A stretch of DNA of 64,000 nucleotides, from NCBI GenBank assembly GCA_021613535.1, contig CP075495.1, forward strand, positions 14,694,001 through 14,758,000. Direction: 5' to 3'. The notes beneath the pieces were generated by a model that was not told where the DNA came from, did not search any database, and was given only the letters and a program-made list of their open reading frames with translations. A program made the position numbers and the translations under genes. This DNA is from Adineta vaga (Eukaryota > Animalia > Rotifera). Shown here one piece after another: positions 61,686 through 64,000 of this stretch; the first letter of the stretch is position 1; every line of letters begins with the position of its first letter.

Positions 61686-61826
61686 TCTATTTGATCTACA
61701 AGAGAGAAACTACAGATCGATTATTCTATTTGATAGATCCAGTCGTATTTAACGGACGGTAACAACAGCAACAACAAGAACAAAAACAATGTACAATTAT
61801 TGAAATAAAAAAATAACAATTTTCTA

Positions 61827-62604
61827 TTAGATTTTATCTAATAAATCATCAGTTGTTTGAGATTCTTCCGGTAATGACGGTGTTGCTAATATTGGCGGAA
61901 TACCAGCACCAGCATGACTAGAAAAATGAAAGAATTACTTTTACAAAAAATGAAATGAAATGTCTACTTGAGATATGAGCGAGTAGATATTGAATTAACA
62001 CCAGTAACATATTTTCGTCTAAAATAAATAATTAAAGAACGAAGTCTTATGAAGAAATGTTTGCTAATGTTTGTGAATACCTTTGATGATGTTTACTAAT
62101 TGTTGATTTTTTATAATCCATTTGATCATCACCTAAATCAAGTAGACTATCTTGACTTGGATCAATATTGATCTCTGATTGAGTTCCTGAACGAATTGGA
62201 ATTTGTATCTATTTATAAACAATTGAATAATTCGTTTCAATTCATTCGCAATCTTCACAAATAATTACTTCATGTACTTCATCTTCCATATAGTGATCTT
62301 CATCTCCACTTGTATCTGTATCACTCATAACATTTCTTGAACGTTTATGTTCACCTGTATTCGAATGTTCGTCATCATTCAATGATGTTGTCGTATGAAT
62401 CGGTGATCTACTTCGAGCACGTAAATTAGCAAATGCATCATTTGAACGTTCATCATCAGTTCCACTATTATATCCTGGTCGAACACCTTCATCATCGGAA
62501 TGATCATGACCATTAATTCCATTGGTATGTTCATGTTCATAAGATTCAATTTGACGTTTAAGTTTCGTTAATTCTCCTTTTTTAGTATTTAATACAAGAA
62601 CAAA
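61827..62604 (-). CDS. XRCC4: XRCC4, 3' portion (Ligase IV-binding coiled coil to C-terminus; 4 exons); 5' exons not found in window
   Basis: FVLVLNTKKGELTKLK (human FILVLNEKKTKIRSL), YNSGTDDE (human YDESTDEE CK2/FHA site), terminal TDDLLDKI* (human PEDLFDEI*). Human motifs quoted from memory. Confidence 0.85.
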
Positions 62605-64000
62605 CTAAAAGAACAACAAAAGACACATTTTTATCATTCCAAAGAATGCTAAAATATTTTTATATCCTCCCCGTGATCATCATAAATCAATTCATTGATA
62701 AAACTTTTCAAGTACGTCGATAATAATTAAATATTCAATAGACATTTCTTTTCTCATTTTCTACGTCATGACACTTTGAATGATTTGAAGTAAAAGTACA
62801 CTGACTCATTCACTCTTTCTTTTCTTCGTTTCGCCTACTTAATCGAAAATTAATTAAGACAAATAGAAGTTTTGTGCGTGAAACAAGAATACAACATGAT
62901 TTTCTGATTGTTAATGTTTGTTTTAATTATTAACAAATCACATTTTAAGTGTTGGCAAGTATTAGAAGGAACAAACAGTCGCCTACACAACAACAAAAAC
63001 AACAAAAAATACATTTTGTATAGACATGACTCACGGATTGTCATTGCACAACAGACCGAGTTTCGACTGTATTTCTTTTATTGTACGGTTTTTTTTCCAC
63101 ATAGAAATTGTATCATGCGTGTTTTTATAACAAAAACTAAAAGAGTAAGTCTTTGGATTGGATAAAAATGTACAAAGTTTTACACGAAAGTACTTCAAAT
63201 ATAATTTGTTGTCATAATGACATCATAGTTCTTTTCGTGCGATATCGTACTTCCAGTTAATAGTTATATTTCAAGTTAAATATAGACGAATACTCAAACG
63301 TAATAAAATCAATATATGTATACATATTAAGAGAGGTAAAAAGTAACAGAATACAAAAGACATTTATTCTTTCGTTCTTTGATATTTATCAGTAACCTAC
63401 AAAACATTAAGAAAAAAATTGGTCATCATGATGTTGATTTCTTTATCCACTGATTATTGTCATAGTCAAAAGAATTATTTTAAATCACAAATGTACATAC
63501 CGGTAAGACGAAAGAAAAACAAAACAACCGAACTTGAATCTTTTTCTGCGAAAGATGACGAAAGTTTTTCATAGTTTCAAATTCTGTTTATTCTTAGCAA
63601 AGAAAGGAATATTCCCTCGAGGCAGGTAACTCTATCCTTCATACAGTAGATCAAATATTATGTAAACAAACTACGACATTTGAGTAATTGAAAATTATTG
63701 ATCGATGAAAATACGAATACTTCCTTTGGGGTGATAATATACAGTTAGATGTGTCATTCATTTACAAAAACACCTTTCTATAACGTTTTTTTCTTTTCCG
63801 ATCAATCACTGTCTACCATATATATATATATATATTTCTAGATAGAAAATAGTTTCAAGAAACATTTATGAGAATAATGCTTTGTAATAGTTGTAGATAG
63901 AACCAAAAAGAGATGTGTTTAGAAGGTTCACCACGTATTCAAAAGCGTATTAATTATAAAGAATCTTTTCTTCAGTTTCGTAGTTATAGTCAAGAAAAAC

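Noticed and set aside
62850-63500. ORFs 62850-63044 and 62908-63165, and a possible mini-exon near 63365-63396
   Set aside because: No similarity I can recognise to the XRCC4 head domain or any other family.
1-64000. tRNA, rRNA, SL-RNA genes or an autonomous transposase/reverse transcriptase
   Set aside because: None recognised by eye; tRNAscan-SE, Infernal and RepeatMasker would be needed to exclude them.

Overview
AT-rich (roughly 30% GC by eye) eukaryotic genomic DNA with many 45-70 nt GT-AG introns, tightly packed metazoan genes and lineage-expanded families (F-box/LRR, single-exon GPCRs, exon-repeat LRR). This fits a bdelloid rotifer (Adineta/Rotaria-like); the taxon is inferred, not proven. 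The ORF track fragments most genes, so I rebuilt gene models by hand across introns. The first 10 kb is accessory: the 3' end of an LRR gene made of 141-bp exon+intron cassettes, MITEs and an F-box pseudogene. The rest contains TEX26, a ZZ-zinc-finger fused carboxylic-acid-reductase-like (A-T-R) enzyme with a 1-nt frameshift, a FEM1 homolog, a PAQR, a divergent CDK, an SDR16C, BRI3, SEC31, a Cys-less pentameric ligand-gated channel, a GT77-like glycosyltransferase, NMRK, SMIM12, a B-box/SPRY gene, an NZF-RBR E3 ligase and the 3' part of XRCC4 (missed by the ORF track). Best leads: (1) the LRR cassette array, with near-identical introns but almost purely non-synonymous variation concentrated at ligand-facing residues, a candidate variable-receptor system; (2) the ZZ-CAR fusion; (3) operon-like same-strand gene runs with 33-311 nt gaps and splice acceptors just before each ATG.
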